A stretch of 64,000 nucleotides of DNA from an uncultured Clostridia bacterium (GCA_944367565.1 CALVWR010000011.1:92-64091), one strand, 5' to 3'. Positions 49,941-59,725 are shown, numbered from the stretch's first letter. Numbers and translations are program-made. Notes: generated by a model not told the origin, from the sequence alone.

Positions 49941-51470
49941 ATGAAATACAGTTATAAGATACAAGAAAATGAATTTTGGTGGGGAGGCGCGGTCAGCGAC
50001 GGCAGCGTCCTCCCGTTCACGAACGCAGGGGAATACGAACTGAATTTTCTGGTGAACCGCACATACAACCAGGTCAACCCCCTCTTCGTGAGTTCGCACG
50101 GAAGATATTTATATATCGACGGAAAATGCATCATCCATGCCGACGGAGAATATCTGACGGTCAGCGAAGCGGGCAGGAACGTGTTTTTCGAAGAAGGATT
50201 TTCTTCGTTGAAGGAGGCGTATCTTGCGGCGGCAAAACGGTTTTTCGTCAAAGAAAAAAAGCCGGTGCCCGAGATCACGTATGCGGCGCCGCAGTACTGC
50301 ACGTGGATGGAGATGCTGCGCAATATCGATCAGGAAAAGATTCTCGCCTATGCGGAGGGCATCGTAAAAAGAAAAATGCCGCCGGGCGTGCTCATTCTCG
50401 ATGACGGATGGATGGAAGGCTACGGCGAATGGTCCTTCCGCAAGAAAGCGTTTCCGGATCCGAAAGCGATGATCGAAACGCTGCACAAACAGGGATTCCG
50501 CGTGATTTTGTGGGTTTGTCCGTTTGTCGACCGTACGGCGGCGGAATTTAAGATGCTGGAAGAAAAAGGCGCGCTGGTCAGGACGGCGGAAGGAAAGACG
50601 GCGGAACGCGTCTGGTGGAGCGGAAAGAGCGCCGTGCTGGACGGTACGAATCCGGATTCGTTCGGCTGGCTCGGCGAGCGGCTGGACGCACTGATGCGCG
50701 ATTACGGTGTGGACGGATTCAAGCTGGACGCCGGCGACGCGTTCTATTATGAATCCGACGACATCACCTGTCATCCGACGACGCCCAACGGACAGAGTCT
50801 GTTGTGGGCGGAGTTTGCGCGGCGATACGAATATGCGGAACTGCGCGCCTGCGTGGGGATGGGCGGCGCGTCTGTCGTGCAGAGGCTTTCCGACAAACGC
50901 AACGACTGGAGTGAGAAAAACGGGCTGGGATCGCTGATCGCGAACATGATCCAGTCGGGATTATGCGGGTATATGTATTGCTGTCCCGACATGATCGGCG
51001 GCGGAAACGAATCGGACGTCAAGGGCGACAGGTTTGTGGAAGACGAAGAGCTGGTCGTCCGCTCCTGCGAATGTGCGGCGATGATGCCGATGATGCAGTT
51101 TTCCTATGCCATCTGGAAAAAGAACAGTTTTCTCAGCGAGATCGCGCAGAAGTTCGCAAAATTACATACGTCGCTTGCCCCGTATCTGAAAGAACTTGCC
51201 ATCGAAAGCGCCGAGAATTTTGAACCGATGCTGCGGTGTATGGAATATGAATTTCCGCATTGCGGGCTGGAACGGGTAAAGGAACAGTTTATGCTCGGCA
51301 GCAGATATCTCGTCGCGCCGGTCATAAAAAAGGGTGAGAGAAAAAAGAAAGTAATCCTTCCGGAAGGGCGTTGGCTTTATGTGCCGGAAAACAGAGTTTA
51401 CGGGCCCGGCGTGACGGAAGTGGATGCTCCCATCGACGTGTTGCCGTATTTTGAGAGGGTAAGAACATGA
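49941..51470 (+). CDS. Glycoside hydrolase, GH31-like
   Basis: 509 aa, no signal peptide. LILDDGW ... VDGFKLDAGD ... CPDMIGGG resemble the GH31 (YicI-type KTDFGE) catalytic core. Assignment is tentative. Confidence 0.5.
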   Translation: MKYSYKIQENEFWWGGAVSDGSVLPFTNAGEYELNFLVNRTYNQVNPLFVSSHGRYLYIDGKCIIHADGEYLTVSEAGRNVFFEEGFSSLKEAYLAAAKRFFVKEKKPVPEITYAAPQYCTWMEMLRNIDQEKILAYAEGIVKRKMPPGVLILDDGWMEGYGEWSFRKKAFPDPKAMIETLHKQGFRVILWVCPFVDRTAAEFKMLEEKGALVRTAEGKTAERVWWSGKSAVLDGTNPDSFGWLGERLDALMRDYGVDGFKLDAGDAFYYESDDITCHPTTPNGQSLLWAEFARRYEYAELRACVGMGGASVVQRLSDKRNDWSEKNGLGSLIANMIQSGLCGYMYCCPDMIGGGNESDVKGDRFVEDEELVVRSCECAAMMPMMQFSYAIWKKNSFLSEIAQKFAKLHTSLAPYLKELAIESAENFEPMLRCMEYEFPHCGLERVKEQFMLGSRYLVAPVIKKGERKKKVILPEGRWLYVPENRVYGPGVTEVDAPIDVLPYFERVRT

Positions 51471-52636
51471 AAAGCGGATATAAAATCGGTTTCTGGAATT
51501 ATGTGAACACGGGCGTTCTCGACGCGGAACAGGCGGCGGACGATTGGAAAGCGTTGGAAATGAATATGCCCATGTCTTTTGAATACGATCCGGCGAAAAA
51601 CAGAAAGGAAGAGATGATCGCGCAGCTGGACGCTTGCGAAAAGCGCGGCATGAAACTGATCGTATGCGACGCGCGCACCACGTTTTTCCGGTATATGGCG
51701 GTGGGGGAAGAAGCTTTCCGCAAAGGTGTGCGGGAAGCGGCAAAAGAATTCGGGGATCATCCCGCGTTCTGCGGTTTTCACGTCGGCGACGAACCGGGAA
51801 AAACACAGTGGAAAGCGGCGGAAAACGCGTATATCATCTGCCGGGAAGAAACGAAAGAAATGCCGTTTATCAATTTTCTTCCCTATTGGGACGAAGATAA
51901 TTTCAAAGATACCCTCGGCGTAGAGGGGAAAGACTACGGCGCGCTGATCTGCGATTTTCTGCGCAAGACCGGCGCGAAGAAGTTCGGTTACGACTATTAC
52001 GGACAGTGCGCGTATTTCGAGCGGGAACGGTTTATCGATCTTTATTTCAGAAACCTGAACCTGTTTGTCGACGCGGCGCGGAAAAACGACGCCGAATTAT
52101 ATGTTTCCCTGCTTTCCGTGGGACACTGGTCGCTCGTCGTGCCGGATGAAGATCTTCTCCGCTGGCAGATCGCCACGACGATCGCGCACGGCGCGGCGGG
52201 AATCATGTGGTTTTTCGTTTACGAGCGACGGCTGGACGGCAGTTTCCGCCTTTCGCCCATCGATCTTTTCTGGGAAAAAACGGAAACATACGGCAGATTA
52301 TCCCGTCAGAACCGCACCTTCCTCGAATATTACGATAAGCCGCTTTCACAACTTGAATTTGTAAATGTAGGGCATATCGGCAAGTGTTACGGCGGCACGG
52401 AACCGTTTGTTTTCGGCAAGGATATCGAAGCCGTCGATTTCGTCGTAAACGAAGTTCCGCTGGCGGTTGCCCGCTTTGAAAAGGAGGGAGAATCGAGCTA
52501 TCTGCTCGTCAATCTTTCGCAGAACGAGCCGACGTCCGTATCCGTGAAGTGCGGCGGAAATCTCGCGTCCTGCTCTTCCCGTTATTGGATTGCTCCCGGA
52601 CAAATGCTCCTTTTATGCAACGAAAAACATAAATAA
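51467..52636 (+). CDS. Hypothetical cytoplasmic protein, possibly a TIM-barrel glycosidase
   Basis: 389 aa. The ATGA overlap suggests translational coupling with the GH31-like gene. No motif recognised confidently. Confidence 0.4.
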   Translation: MKSGYKIGFWNYVNTGVLDAEQAADDWKALEMNMPMSFEYDPAKNRKEEMIAQLDACEKRGMKLIVCDARTTFFRYMAVGEEAFRKGVREAAKEFGDHPAFCGFHVGDEPGKTQWKAAENAYIICREETKEMPFINFLPYWDEDNFKDTLGVEGKDYGALICDFLRKTGAKKFGYDYYGQCAYFERERFIDLYFRNLNLFVDAARKNDAELYVSLLSVGHWSLVVPDEDLLRWQIATTIAHGAAGIMWFFVYERRLDGSFRLSPIDLFWEKTETYGRLSRQNRTFLEYYDKPLSQLEFVNVGHIGKCYGGTEPFVFGKDIEAVDFVVNEVPLAVARFEKEGESSYLLVNLSQNEPTSVSVKCGGNLASCSSRYWIAPGQMLLLCNEKHK

Positions 52637-52661
52637 GCGGAATCATTCGTTCCGTTTATGA

Positions 52662-52697
52662 AGAAAGCGATCCCGCAATCGGGATCGCTTTCTTTTC
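52662..52697. terminator. Terminator hairpin at the end of the glycan locus
   Basis: agaaagcgatccc gcaatc gggatcgctttct forms a 13-bp perfect stem, followed by ttt. Confidence 0.75.
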
Positions 52698-52799
52698 GCG
52701 TCGCCGTACGCCGAATCTCGGCTTTATCCGATCTGCACGCTCAAGATTTAGCGCCGACCGCTCCCGTTCGGCGCAGGACTTTTTGCCCTTTTACGGTCT

Positions 52800-53678
52800 T
52801 TATCTGCTGTGCATCTTTTTATATTGCGTGGGCGTACAGGAAACATATTTGCGGAACGTTTTGGAAAAGTAATTCGGCGTATCGAAACAAAGCTGCGCGG
52901 CAGTCTGCGTTACCGTCATGCCTTCGCGGAGCAGCTGTTTCGATTTTTCGATCTTAAGCCGCGTATAATAGCGCATCACCGTTTCGCCCGTCGCTTTCTT
53001 GAATTGCCGGAAGATATACGCGCGGTTATAATTCAAAGCGCGGCATACGTCCGCCGCGGTGATTCTGCCGCAAACGTTCTCGCCGAGATATGCCGCCGCC
53101 ATTTCCGCAATGCGGCTTTCCAGTTCCTCTTTCGGCAAAAATGCGTCCACGGCGTTCTTTTTTTCCGTTTCCGCCCGCATGATCCCGATCAGCAGAATTT
53201 CTAAAAACGCCCGGATGATCTGCAATCCTCCGAGCGCCGGTTTTTCGGCAAGGGGAAGTTTTTTCGCGTCGGGATCGGCAAAGGGAATGAAAAACGTCTT
53301 TTTGCTTTCTTCCACCAGCGCGTAAACGTAGCGCACCAGCGTTTTGTCCACGGCAACGTGTCTGTTTTCAAAAAAACGCATCCCTTCGCTTTTACATTCA
53401 AAAGAAACGATAAACACATTCGGCGCGGTGCGTCCGTTGGCGGAAAGGGCATGATATTCCTCGGGCTTGTGAAAGATCGCTTCGCCTTCTTTCAGGATGA
53501 TTTTCCTTTCGTCCGCCGTACATACAATCTCGCCTTTATCGGCGTAAACCATTTCCCAGAAGTCGTGTTTTTCTCCGCGGGAAACAAAGTTTTTTGAAAA
53601 TTCAAAGTAATGCACGGTGACGATCTTCTGTATATTGAGCAGATTTTCGATGCGGTGCCTGTAATATTTTTTTTCCAT
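52800..53678 (-). CDS. AraC family transcriptional regulator
   Basis: 292 aa. Cupin-like N-terminus and C-terminal HTH pair (ITAADVCRALNYNRAYIFRQFKK ... VTQTAAQLCFDTPNYFSKTFRK). Confidence 0.9.
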   Translation of the reverse strand: MEKKYYRHRIENLLNIQKIVTVHYFEFSKNFVSRGEKHDFWEMVYADKGEIVCTADERKIILKEGEAIFHKPEEYHALSANGRTAPNVFIVSFECKSEGMRFFENRHVAVDKTLVRYVYALVEESKKTFFIPFADPDAKKLPLAEKPALGGLQIIRAFLEILLIGIMRAETEKKNAVDAFLPKEELESRIAEMAAAYLGENVCGRITAADVCRALNYNRAYIFRQFKKATGETVMRYYTRLKIEKSKQLLREGMTVTQTAAQLCFDTPNYFSKTFRKYVSCTPTQYKKMHSR

Positions 53679-53819
53679 GGGTTCAGTGTATCACAACCGT
53701 AAAAAAATGTAAATATTTTTACTTAAAAAAAGAAAGCGACTTTTTTACTCTTTTTAGCGACGTACGGCGCTTGTCAATCGAGAACAAATGATATAAAATA
53801 AAAACAGGAGGATGAAGAC

Positions 53820-54524
53820 ATGAAAGTTCTGGCAATCGGAGCGCATCCCGACGACATTGAGATCGCCTGTTCGGGAACGCTTGCAAAATGCGTTAAAAGA
53901 GGGGATGAAGTGACGGTATGTCACGTATCCACGGGGAATCTGGGCCACGTGATCATTCCGCCCGACGAACTTGCCGTGATCCGCGCGAACGAGGCGAAAA
54001 AAGCGGGATCGCTTGCGGGAATCAAGGTGATATGCGCGGGGTTCAATGACCTGGATATTTTCGATAACAACAAGGCGGCGCGGGATAAGATCGTGGACGT
54101 CATCAAGGCGGAAAATCCGGATTTTATCATCACGCACAATCCCGACGATTATATGCCCGATCACACCGCCGTTTCGCGGTTGGTGTTCGACGCGAGCTTT
54201 ACGGCGACGCTGCCCAATTACAAGAGCGGAGTGAAGCAAGCGGCGCGTCTGGTGCCGATTTATTACATGGACACGCTGGCGGGGGTAAATTTTCAGCCGA
54301 CGGAATACGTCGACATCACAAACGAGATCGATCTGAAGATCCGGATGCTCGAATGTCACGAAAGTCAGCTTGTCTGGATGCGGGAGCACGACGGCATCGA
54401 TTTTGCGGACATGGTGAGAACGTGCAGCCGTTACCGCGGCTATCAGTGCGGGGCGGCGTACGCGGAAGGGTTCAGACAGTGTCAGGTCTATCTCAAAGGA
54501 ACCACAAAGCGGCTGCTGCCGTGA
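53820..54524 (+). CDS. PIG-L / LmbE family N-acetyl-sugar deacetylase
   Basis: MKVLAIGAHPDDIEIACSGTLAK carries the AHPDDxE zinc-site motif. Also ITHNPDDYMPDH and ECHESQ. Confidence 0.85.
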   Translation: MKVLAIGAHPDDIEIACSGTLAKCVKRGDEVTVCHVSTGNLGHVIIPPDELAVIRANEAKKAGSLAGIKVICAGFNDLDIFDNNKAARDKIVDVIKAENPDFIITHNPDDYMPDHTAVSRLVFDASFTATLPNYKSGVKQAARLVPIYYMDTLAGVNFQPTEYVDITNEIDLKIRMLECHESQLVWMREHDGIDFADMVRTCSRYRGYQCGAAYAEGFRQCQVYLKGTTKRLLP

Positions 54525-54534
54525 GGAAAAGAGG

Positions 54535-55542
54535 ATGAAGTTTCGATGGTGTGTGATCGGCGCGGGCGGCATTGCGGATCGCAGGGTGATGCCCGCCATG
54601 CTGAAGGAAAAGGGATTCGAACTCGTTGCGCTGTGTGACCGGACGCCGGAAAAAGCCGAAAGACTGGGCGCCAAATACGCGGTGAAATTCTATACCGACG
54701 AGGAAACCATGCTCAGGGAAAACCCCTGTGACGGCGTTTACATCGCTTCGCCCGTCGCCTTGCATCTTCCGCAGGCGCTGACGGCGTTGCGATACGGCTG
54801 TAATGTGCTTTTGGAAAAGCCGATCGCGATGAACGCGGAGGAAGGAGAGCGGCTCGCCGCCGCGTTCCGCAGGGAAAAGAAAACGCTTTCCGTGGGATAT
54901 ATGATGAAATTTCACAATCTGCACGCGATGGCGAAGAAGATGATCCGCGACGGAGAGATCGGGCGGGTCGGCACCGTGCGGTTTTTCTTCGCCTGCTGGT
55001 ATCCGGATCTTGCCGGCGCGTGGCGGCAGGAAAAGGCGCTCGGCGGCGGGGGGTCGGTGATGGATCTCGGCGTGCACTGCATCGAACTTGCGGAATTTCT
55101 TCTCGGCGAAGAAATTACGGAAGCGAAGGGATATCTTGCGACAAGAACGTTTTCTTACGAAGTCGAAGATACCGGAGCCTTTCTGTTCCGCACGGCAGGC
55201 GGGGTGATCGGGAGCGTGGAAACGGGATTCAACGTGCCGGACGCCTGTGCGAGCCGACTGGAGATCTACGGAAGCGAAGGGAGCGTGATCTGCGAGGGAA
55301 CGCTGGGGCAGGAAGAGAAAGGAAAACTGACGTTACTGAGAGCGCCTCAGGGGGAATACGACGCGATGCAGACGCGCGGCGTCGTGAAGTCGGAACGGTA
55401 CTACGGCGCGGGCGGCGACCTGTTCCGAAAGGAACTGCGGCGGTTTGCGCAACGGGTGCGCGAAAAGGCGTTTGACGAGGAATCGGAACGGGCGGTGCGC
55501 GTACAGCGGATCGTGGACGGAATTTATAATGAAAAACGATAA
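54535..55542 (+). CDS. Gfo/Idh/MocA family NAD(P)-dependent oxidoreductase
   Basis: RWCVIGAGGIADRRVMPAM Rossmann N-terminus, LLEKPIA motif and a C-terminal alpha/beta domain. Confidence 0.85.
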   Translation: MKFRWCVIGAGGIADRRVMPAMLKEKGFELVALCDRTPEKAERLGAKYAVKFYTDEETMLRENPCDGVYIASPVALHLPQALTALRYGCNVLLEKPIAMNAEEGERLAAAFRREKKTLSVGYMMKFHNLHAMAKKMIRDGEIGRVGTVRFFFACWYPDLAGAWRQEKALGGGGSVMDLGVHCIELAEFLLGEEITEAKGYLATRTFSYEVEDTGAFLFRTAGGVIGSVETGFNVPDACASRLEIYGSEGSVICEGTLGQEEKGKLTLLRAPQGEYDAMQTRGVVKSERYYGAGGDLFRKELRRFAQRVREKAFDEESERAVRVQRIVDGIYNEKR

Positions 55543-55556
55543 AAAAGGAGAAGGAT

Positions 55557-56501
55557 ATGGATTTCAATTCGACGGTAAAGGGAAGTTTGCTGGAAGGGTT
55601 TTATCCGGAAGGCTGGGATTTTGAAAAGATCGACGCGTGTTGTGCGAACGCGCCGGAGAGCGTGACGGAAAAACAGCCGTTCTGGCATAAAGATTTCGCG
55701 CCGATTTTGTGCGACAATCTTGCGGAGTTTGAAGTGAAGATGGGGCACGAGATCGCGCTTTGCGTCAAAAAAGCCAACGCGGAGAAGAAAAAGCTCGCGT
55801 TTATTCTGCCCGTCGGGCCGATGGGAATGTATAAATGGGTGGTCTATTTTCTCAAGGAATGGAAGGAAAGCTGCAAAAACGTGTGGTGTTTCAACATGGA
55901 CGAATGGGCGGACGGCGAAGGCAATACCATCACGGGAGAAGCGTCCTTTCAGAGCGCGATGGAAAAGGCGTTTTACGATCCGCTGGGAGAACTGACTGTC
56001 CCGAAAGAACAGAGAAATTTCGCCACGAAAGACAATCTGCCGACCTATCCCGAGAAGATTGCGTCGCTGAAAAAGGACGGGGCGAAGCTGATTCTGGTTT
56101 ACGGGATCGGGCGGATGTGTCATATCGCGTTCTGGGAACCGCATTTCGGATCGGAATTCGCAACCGACGCGGAATGGATGAAGCAACCGTACAGGATCGG
56201 GGCAAAACTGCATCCGCTGACCATCGAGCAGAACGCGCTGACTTCGTTTAAGAGCCGTACGAGCCTGGTGCCGTGCCGTGCGAATACGGTGGGGCCGGCG
56301 TTGCTGTTCAGCGCGGATTACGCCATCGGCGGAGCGGACGGCGCGTTTTCCCGCGGGATGCAGTGGCAGGGCATGAGCCTTTGGATGACGCTCCGTTACG
56401 GACCGACGCGCTTCGTCACGTCGAGCTATATTCCCACGCTTCCCGGAAAGCTGTTTTTCCTGAAGGAACTTGCGGGACCGCTGTGCCCGGAAGCGAACTG
56501 A
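55557..56501 (+). CDS. Glucosamine-6-phosphate deaminase / 6-phosphogluconolactonase superfamily protein (divergent)
   Basis: 314 aa. LAFILPVGPMGMY and LILVYGIGRMCHIAFWEP resemble the NagB/AgaI fold motifs. An extended N-terminus is present. Confidence 0.55.
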   Translation: MDFNSTVKGSLLEGFYPEGWDFEKIDACCANAPESVTEKQPFWHKDFAPILCDNLAEFEVKMGHEIALCVKKANAEKKKLAFILPVGPMGMYKWVVYFLKEWKESCKNVWCFNMDEWADGEGNTITGEASFQSAMEKAFYDPLGELTVPKEQRNFATKDNLPTYPEKIASLKKDGAKLILVYGIGRMCHIAFWEPHFGSEFATDAEWMKQPYRIGAKLHPLTIEQNALTSFKSRTSLVPCRANTVGPALLFSADYAIGGADGAFSRGMQWQGMSLWMTLRYGPTRFVTSSYIPTLPGKLFFLKELAGPLCPEAN

Positions 56502-56503
56502 CG

Positions 56504-57472
56504 ATGGGCGGCATCGCGGTAGCGGGAACGATTCTCGCGGATAAACTGAACGAGATAGAAGCCTATCCGCAGGCGGGGGAGCTGACAAAGATCAGACGGG
56601 TAAGCCGTGCGGCGGGCGGATGCGTGCCGAATACGGCGATCGATCTGAAAAAGCTCGATCCGTCGCTCGATGTCGAAGCGGTCGGACTGGTCGGCGACGA
56701 TGCGGACGGCGAATTTCTGATCGGAACGCTGCGTGAAAACGGCGTTTGCACAGACGGCGTAAAAAGCGTGCGCGGGGGGCGCAGCGGCTTCACGGAAGTG
56801 ATGAGCGTTGCCGGAGGACAGAGGACGTTTTTCTCTTTCGCGGGGGCGAATGCGGACTTTTCGGCGGCGGACGTCGATTTTGACGCGATGCGCGGAACGA
56901 TGCTGCATCTGGGATATTTTTTGCTTCTCGACGCCGTGGATCAAGGCGAAGGGCTGAAAATTTTACGCAAAGCGAAGGAAAAGGGAATCAGGACGTCCAT
57001 CGACCTGGTGAGCGAAAATTCCGAACGCTACAAAAAAGTGCTGCCGTGTCTCGGATATGTGGACAATCTCATCGTCAACGAAACGGAAGCGGGCAGGCTT
57101 ACGGGAATGCGTCCGTCGCTCGGCAATCTGCCGCGGATCGCCGAAAAACTCCTCAAGGAGGGCGTAAAAGAAAGGGTGATCGTACATTGCCCGGAAGCGG
57201 GCGTGTGCGCGTCGGAACGCGGAACGCAGTTGCAGGCGTCTTTCGCGCTGCCGCAAGGATTCATTCAAGGAACGACGGGTGCGGGCGACGCTTTCTGTGC
57301 GGGGGCGCTGCTCGGAATTTACCGCGATAAAAGCGACGGCGAGATTTTGCAATATGCGTCGTGGGCGGCGGTTTGTGCGCTGAGCGAGACGGACGCGACG
57401 GGCGGAATGCGCGCACTTGCGGAAGCAAGGGCGTTCTGCTCGAATTTTGAAAGGAGAAAATTATGCTTGTAA
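56504..57472 (+). CDS. PfkB family carbohydrate kinase
   Basis: The MGGIAVAGTILADK start comes 2 nt after the upstream stop. C-terminal TTGAGDAFCAGALLG is the PfkB signature 2. The tracked ORF (from 56273) overlaps the previous gene out of frame. Confidence 0.8.
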   Translation: MGGIAVAGTILADKLNEIEAYPQAGELTKIRRVSRAAGGCVPNTAIDLKKLDPSLDVEAVGLVGDDADGEFLIGTLRENGVCTDGVKSVRGGRSGFTEVMSVAGGQRTFFSFAGANADFSAADVDFDAMRGTMLHLGYFLLLDAVDQGEGLKILRKAKEKGIRTSIDLVSENSERYKKVLPCLGYVDNLIVNETEAGRLTGMRPSLGNLPRIAEKLLKEGVKERVIVHCPEAGVCASERGTQLQASFALPQGFIQGTTGAGDAFCAGALLGIYRDKSDGEILQYASWAAVCALSETDATGGMRALAEARAFCSNFERRKLCL

Positions 57473-58299
57473 ATCTGAATGACATTCTGAAAAAAGCGCA
57501 AAAGGAAAAATATGCCGTGGGGTTATTCAACACGACGGATACCGATATGCTGCAGGCGGCGATCGCCGCGGCGGAGGAACTTTCGTCGCCCATCATCATC
57601 GGTACGGCGGAGGTGCTGCTGCCGTACGGCGAGCTGGAACTCATCGCGCCGGCGCTGATCGCGGCGGCAAAGCGGGCGTCGGTTCCCGTCGTGGTGCATT
57701 ACGATCACGGTCTGACCTACGCACGGTGCGTGGAGGCGTTGCAACGCGGCTTCACTTCGGTGATGTTCGACGGATCGGTAAAGCCGTACGCGCAGAACAT
57801 TGCGGAAACGAAAGAGATCGTGAAACTCGCGCACGCCATGGGCGCGACGGTGGAAGGGGAGATCGGACACGTCGGGGAAGCCGCGACGGGCGATAACGTT
57901 CTCACGGATATGTACACGACGGCGGAGGAAGCGCGCGCGTATGCGGAGGATACGGGGGTGGACGCCCTCGCCGTGGCGATCGGTTCGGCGCACGGCGTTT
58001 ATAAGAAAAAACCCATGCTGAATATCGGACGGCTGAAGGAGATCCGCGAAAGCGTGCGCGTTCCTCTCGTGCTGCACGGCGGCAGCGGACTTTCCGACGA
58101 GGATTTCGCGAAAAGCATTGCGGGCGGGATCGCCAAGGTCAACGTGTTTACGGACCTTTGTCTTGCCGGAGAAAAAGCGATGAAAGAGGGAACGGAAAAG
58201 AACCTCGGATATCTGGAAACGCGCAATCGGAAAGTCGATGCGATCCGCGAGGCGGTCAGAACGAAGATCCGACTGTTCGGTTCGGCGGGAAAGGCGTAA
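57463..58299 (+). CDS. Class II ketose-bisphosphate aldolase (fructose/tagatose-1,6-bisphosphate aldolase family)
   Basis: MLVNLNDILKKAQKEKYAVGLFN, VHYDHG, EGEIGHVGE, LAVAIGSAHGVYK and LVLHGGSGL are metal and substrate motifs of GatY/KbaY/FbaA-type class II aldolases. Confidence 0.85.
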   Translation: MLVNLNDILKKAQKEKYAVGLFNTTDTDMLQAAIAAAEELSSPIIIGTAEVLLPYGELELIAPALIAAAKRASVPVVVHYDHGLTYARCVEALQRGFTSVMFDGSVKPYAQNIAETKEIVKLAHAMGATVEGEIGHVGEAATGDNVLTDMYTTAEEARAYAEDTGVDALAVAIGSAHGVYKKKPMLNIGRLKEIRESVRVPLVLHGGSGLSDEDFAKSIAGGIAKVNVFTDLCLAGEKAMKEGTEKNLGYLETRNRKVDAIREAVRTKIRLFGSAGKA

Positions 58300-58401
58300 A
58301 ACGCCGAAACAGGGGATTGCCGCAGGCTCGAAAACATAAAATCAAAAAGCCGCCCCTTTCGCTTCGTGCGAAAGGGGCGGCTTTATTCTGTTCCGGAACC
58401 A

Positions 58402-59562
58402 TCAGGCGTTTTCGCCGTCGGTGGTCTTATCGGTTTTCTCCGCCGGCTGTCCGGTCGGGTTCACCGACGCGATCTGTCTTTGCATCGTTTTCGAAGAAAG
58501 GAGCGCCGCGCCGACGATCACGTCGAGGGCAAGATCCACGAAGATGAACGCGTTATAGGCGAGACTGTAGAGCAGTTCTTTGCCCTGTTCGAAAGTCGAC
58601 CAGGAGTAAAAGACGAAATAGCCGCTGAGGACGTGCGCGAAGTAACGTCCGAGGCAGGCGACGACCATACCGAGAAGGAATTCGAGAAGCATATTTCCTT
58701 TCAGACCTTTCATACCTTTAAATATGCCCGCGAGGCCCAACGCGCCGAAGGCGATGGGGTAATCGAGCAGTACCTGTACGGGTTCGTAGATCTGCGGCGA
58801 CTGGATGCATTGCAGAATCCCGTAGATCACGCCGGCGATCACGCCTTTTTTCGCGCCGAACATATAGGCGTAGAGCATGATGGGCAGCATGGAAACGAGG
58901 GTAACCGAACCGCCCATGGGCAGGGAGAAGAATTTTACGTAAGAAAGGGCGAACGCCGTAGCGATGCAGATACCCGCATAAGCGAGCTGTTTGGTCTGCG
59001 CGGCGGTTCCTTTTTTGCGGTCGAAGAGCAAGGAAAGGACGGCGATGACGGCGACGAGCGCGACGGTGAGGACGATATAGAGCGCGTTGTTTTGCGGCTC
59101 ATAGCCTTCATAAGTGGGGAATACGCACAGTATGGCGACGAGATAGCCCGCGAAGAGCGCGAGGGACGTCCAGAAAACGGCTTTCAGCGCTTTTTTCGCA
59201 AAGAGTGCGACAAAGAGGTTTGCGATCACCGCGACGAGCGCGTAGCCGAAGAGTCCCACGAGCAGCCAGAAGTTCGTGTCGATCTCGTTTTTCCACGCCA
59301 TGCGCGTGATCTGCATATATAAGATCACGGAGATCAGCGTGAGCGCGTAGCCCAGCACGATGCCCACGGCGATAAGCGCAAAGGCGCGCATCTTTTCGGG
59401 AAATCTGAATTTCACGACAAGTCCCGCGACGACGAGCACGACGGCGAGGGCGACGGTCACCCAGAGCGCGAAGGACTGCACCGATTCGATCACGCGCTTA
59501 AGCGCTTCGATCTTCTGATCGGAAGTAAGAGCCGTTACTTCCTCGTCCCAATTTGAAAACAT
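58402..59562 (-). CDS. Thiamine transporter: ThiT-like ECF S-component fused to an additional N-terminal polytopic domain
   Basis: 386 aa. The C-terminal ~190 aa (FSLPMGGSVTLVSMLPIMLYAYMFG ... LLDYPIAFGALGLAG) is ThiT-like. The N-terminal ~190 aa add ~5-6 TM helices. It lies directly downstream of a TPP riboswitch. Confidence 0.6.
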   Translation of the reverse strand: MFSNWDEEVTALTSDQKIEALKRVIESVQSFALWVTVALAVVLVVAGLVVKFRFPEKMRAFALIAVGIVLGYALTLISVILYMQITRMAWKNEIDTNFWLLVGLFGYALVAVIANLFVALFAKKALKAVFWTSLALFAGYLVAILCVFPTYEGYEPQNNALYIVLTVALVAVIAVLSLLFDRKKGTAAQTKQLAYAGICIATAFALSYVKFFSLPMGGSVTLVSMLPIMLYAYMFGAKKGVIAGVIYGILQCIQSPQIYEPVQVLLDYPIAFGALGLAGIFKGMKGLKGNMLLEFLLGMVVACLGRYFAHVLSGYFVFYSWSTFEQGKELLYSLAYNAFIFVDLALDVIVGAALLSSKTMQRQIASVNPTGQPAEKTDKTTDGENA

Positions 59563-59585
59563 AAAACAACTCCTTCATATCGCAT

Positions 59586-59617
59586 CAAAGAAAAACGCGC
59601 CTTAAAAAGGGCGCGTC
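59586..59617 (-). terminator. Riboswitch expression-platform terminator
   Basis: The minus strand reads gacgcgcc cttttta aggcgcgt, followed by ttttcttt. It lies between the TPP aptamer and the ThiT start codon. Confidence 0.8.
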
Positions 59618-59631
59618 AAACGGCAAGAAAG

Positions 59632-59712
59632 ATTTTGCGTTTCCCTGCAAGCATTACCTTGGCGGGTTCAATGGTATAATCTCAGCTTTTTACGGCACCC
59701 ATAGCGATATTT
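59632..59712 (-). promoter_or_regulatory. TPP (THI-box) riboswitch aptamer
   Basis: The minus strand reads ctatGGGTGCcgtaaaaaGCTGAGAttatACCattGAACCcgccaaGGTAATgcttgcAGGGAAacg. This matches the conserved GGGUGC / CUGAGA / ACC..GAACC / UAAU / AGGGA elements of the THI element. Confidence 0.85.
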
Positions 59713-59725
59713 TGTTTACGACATC

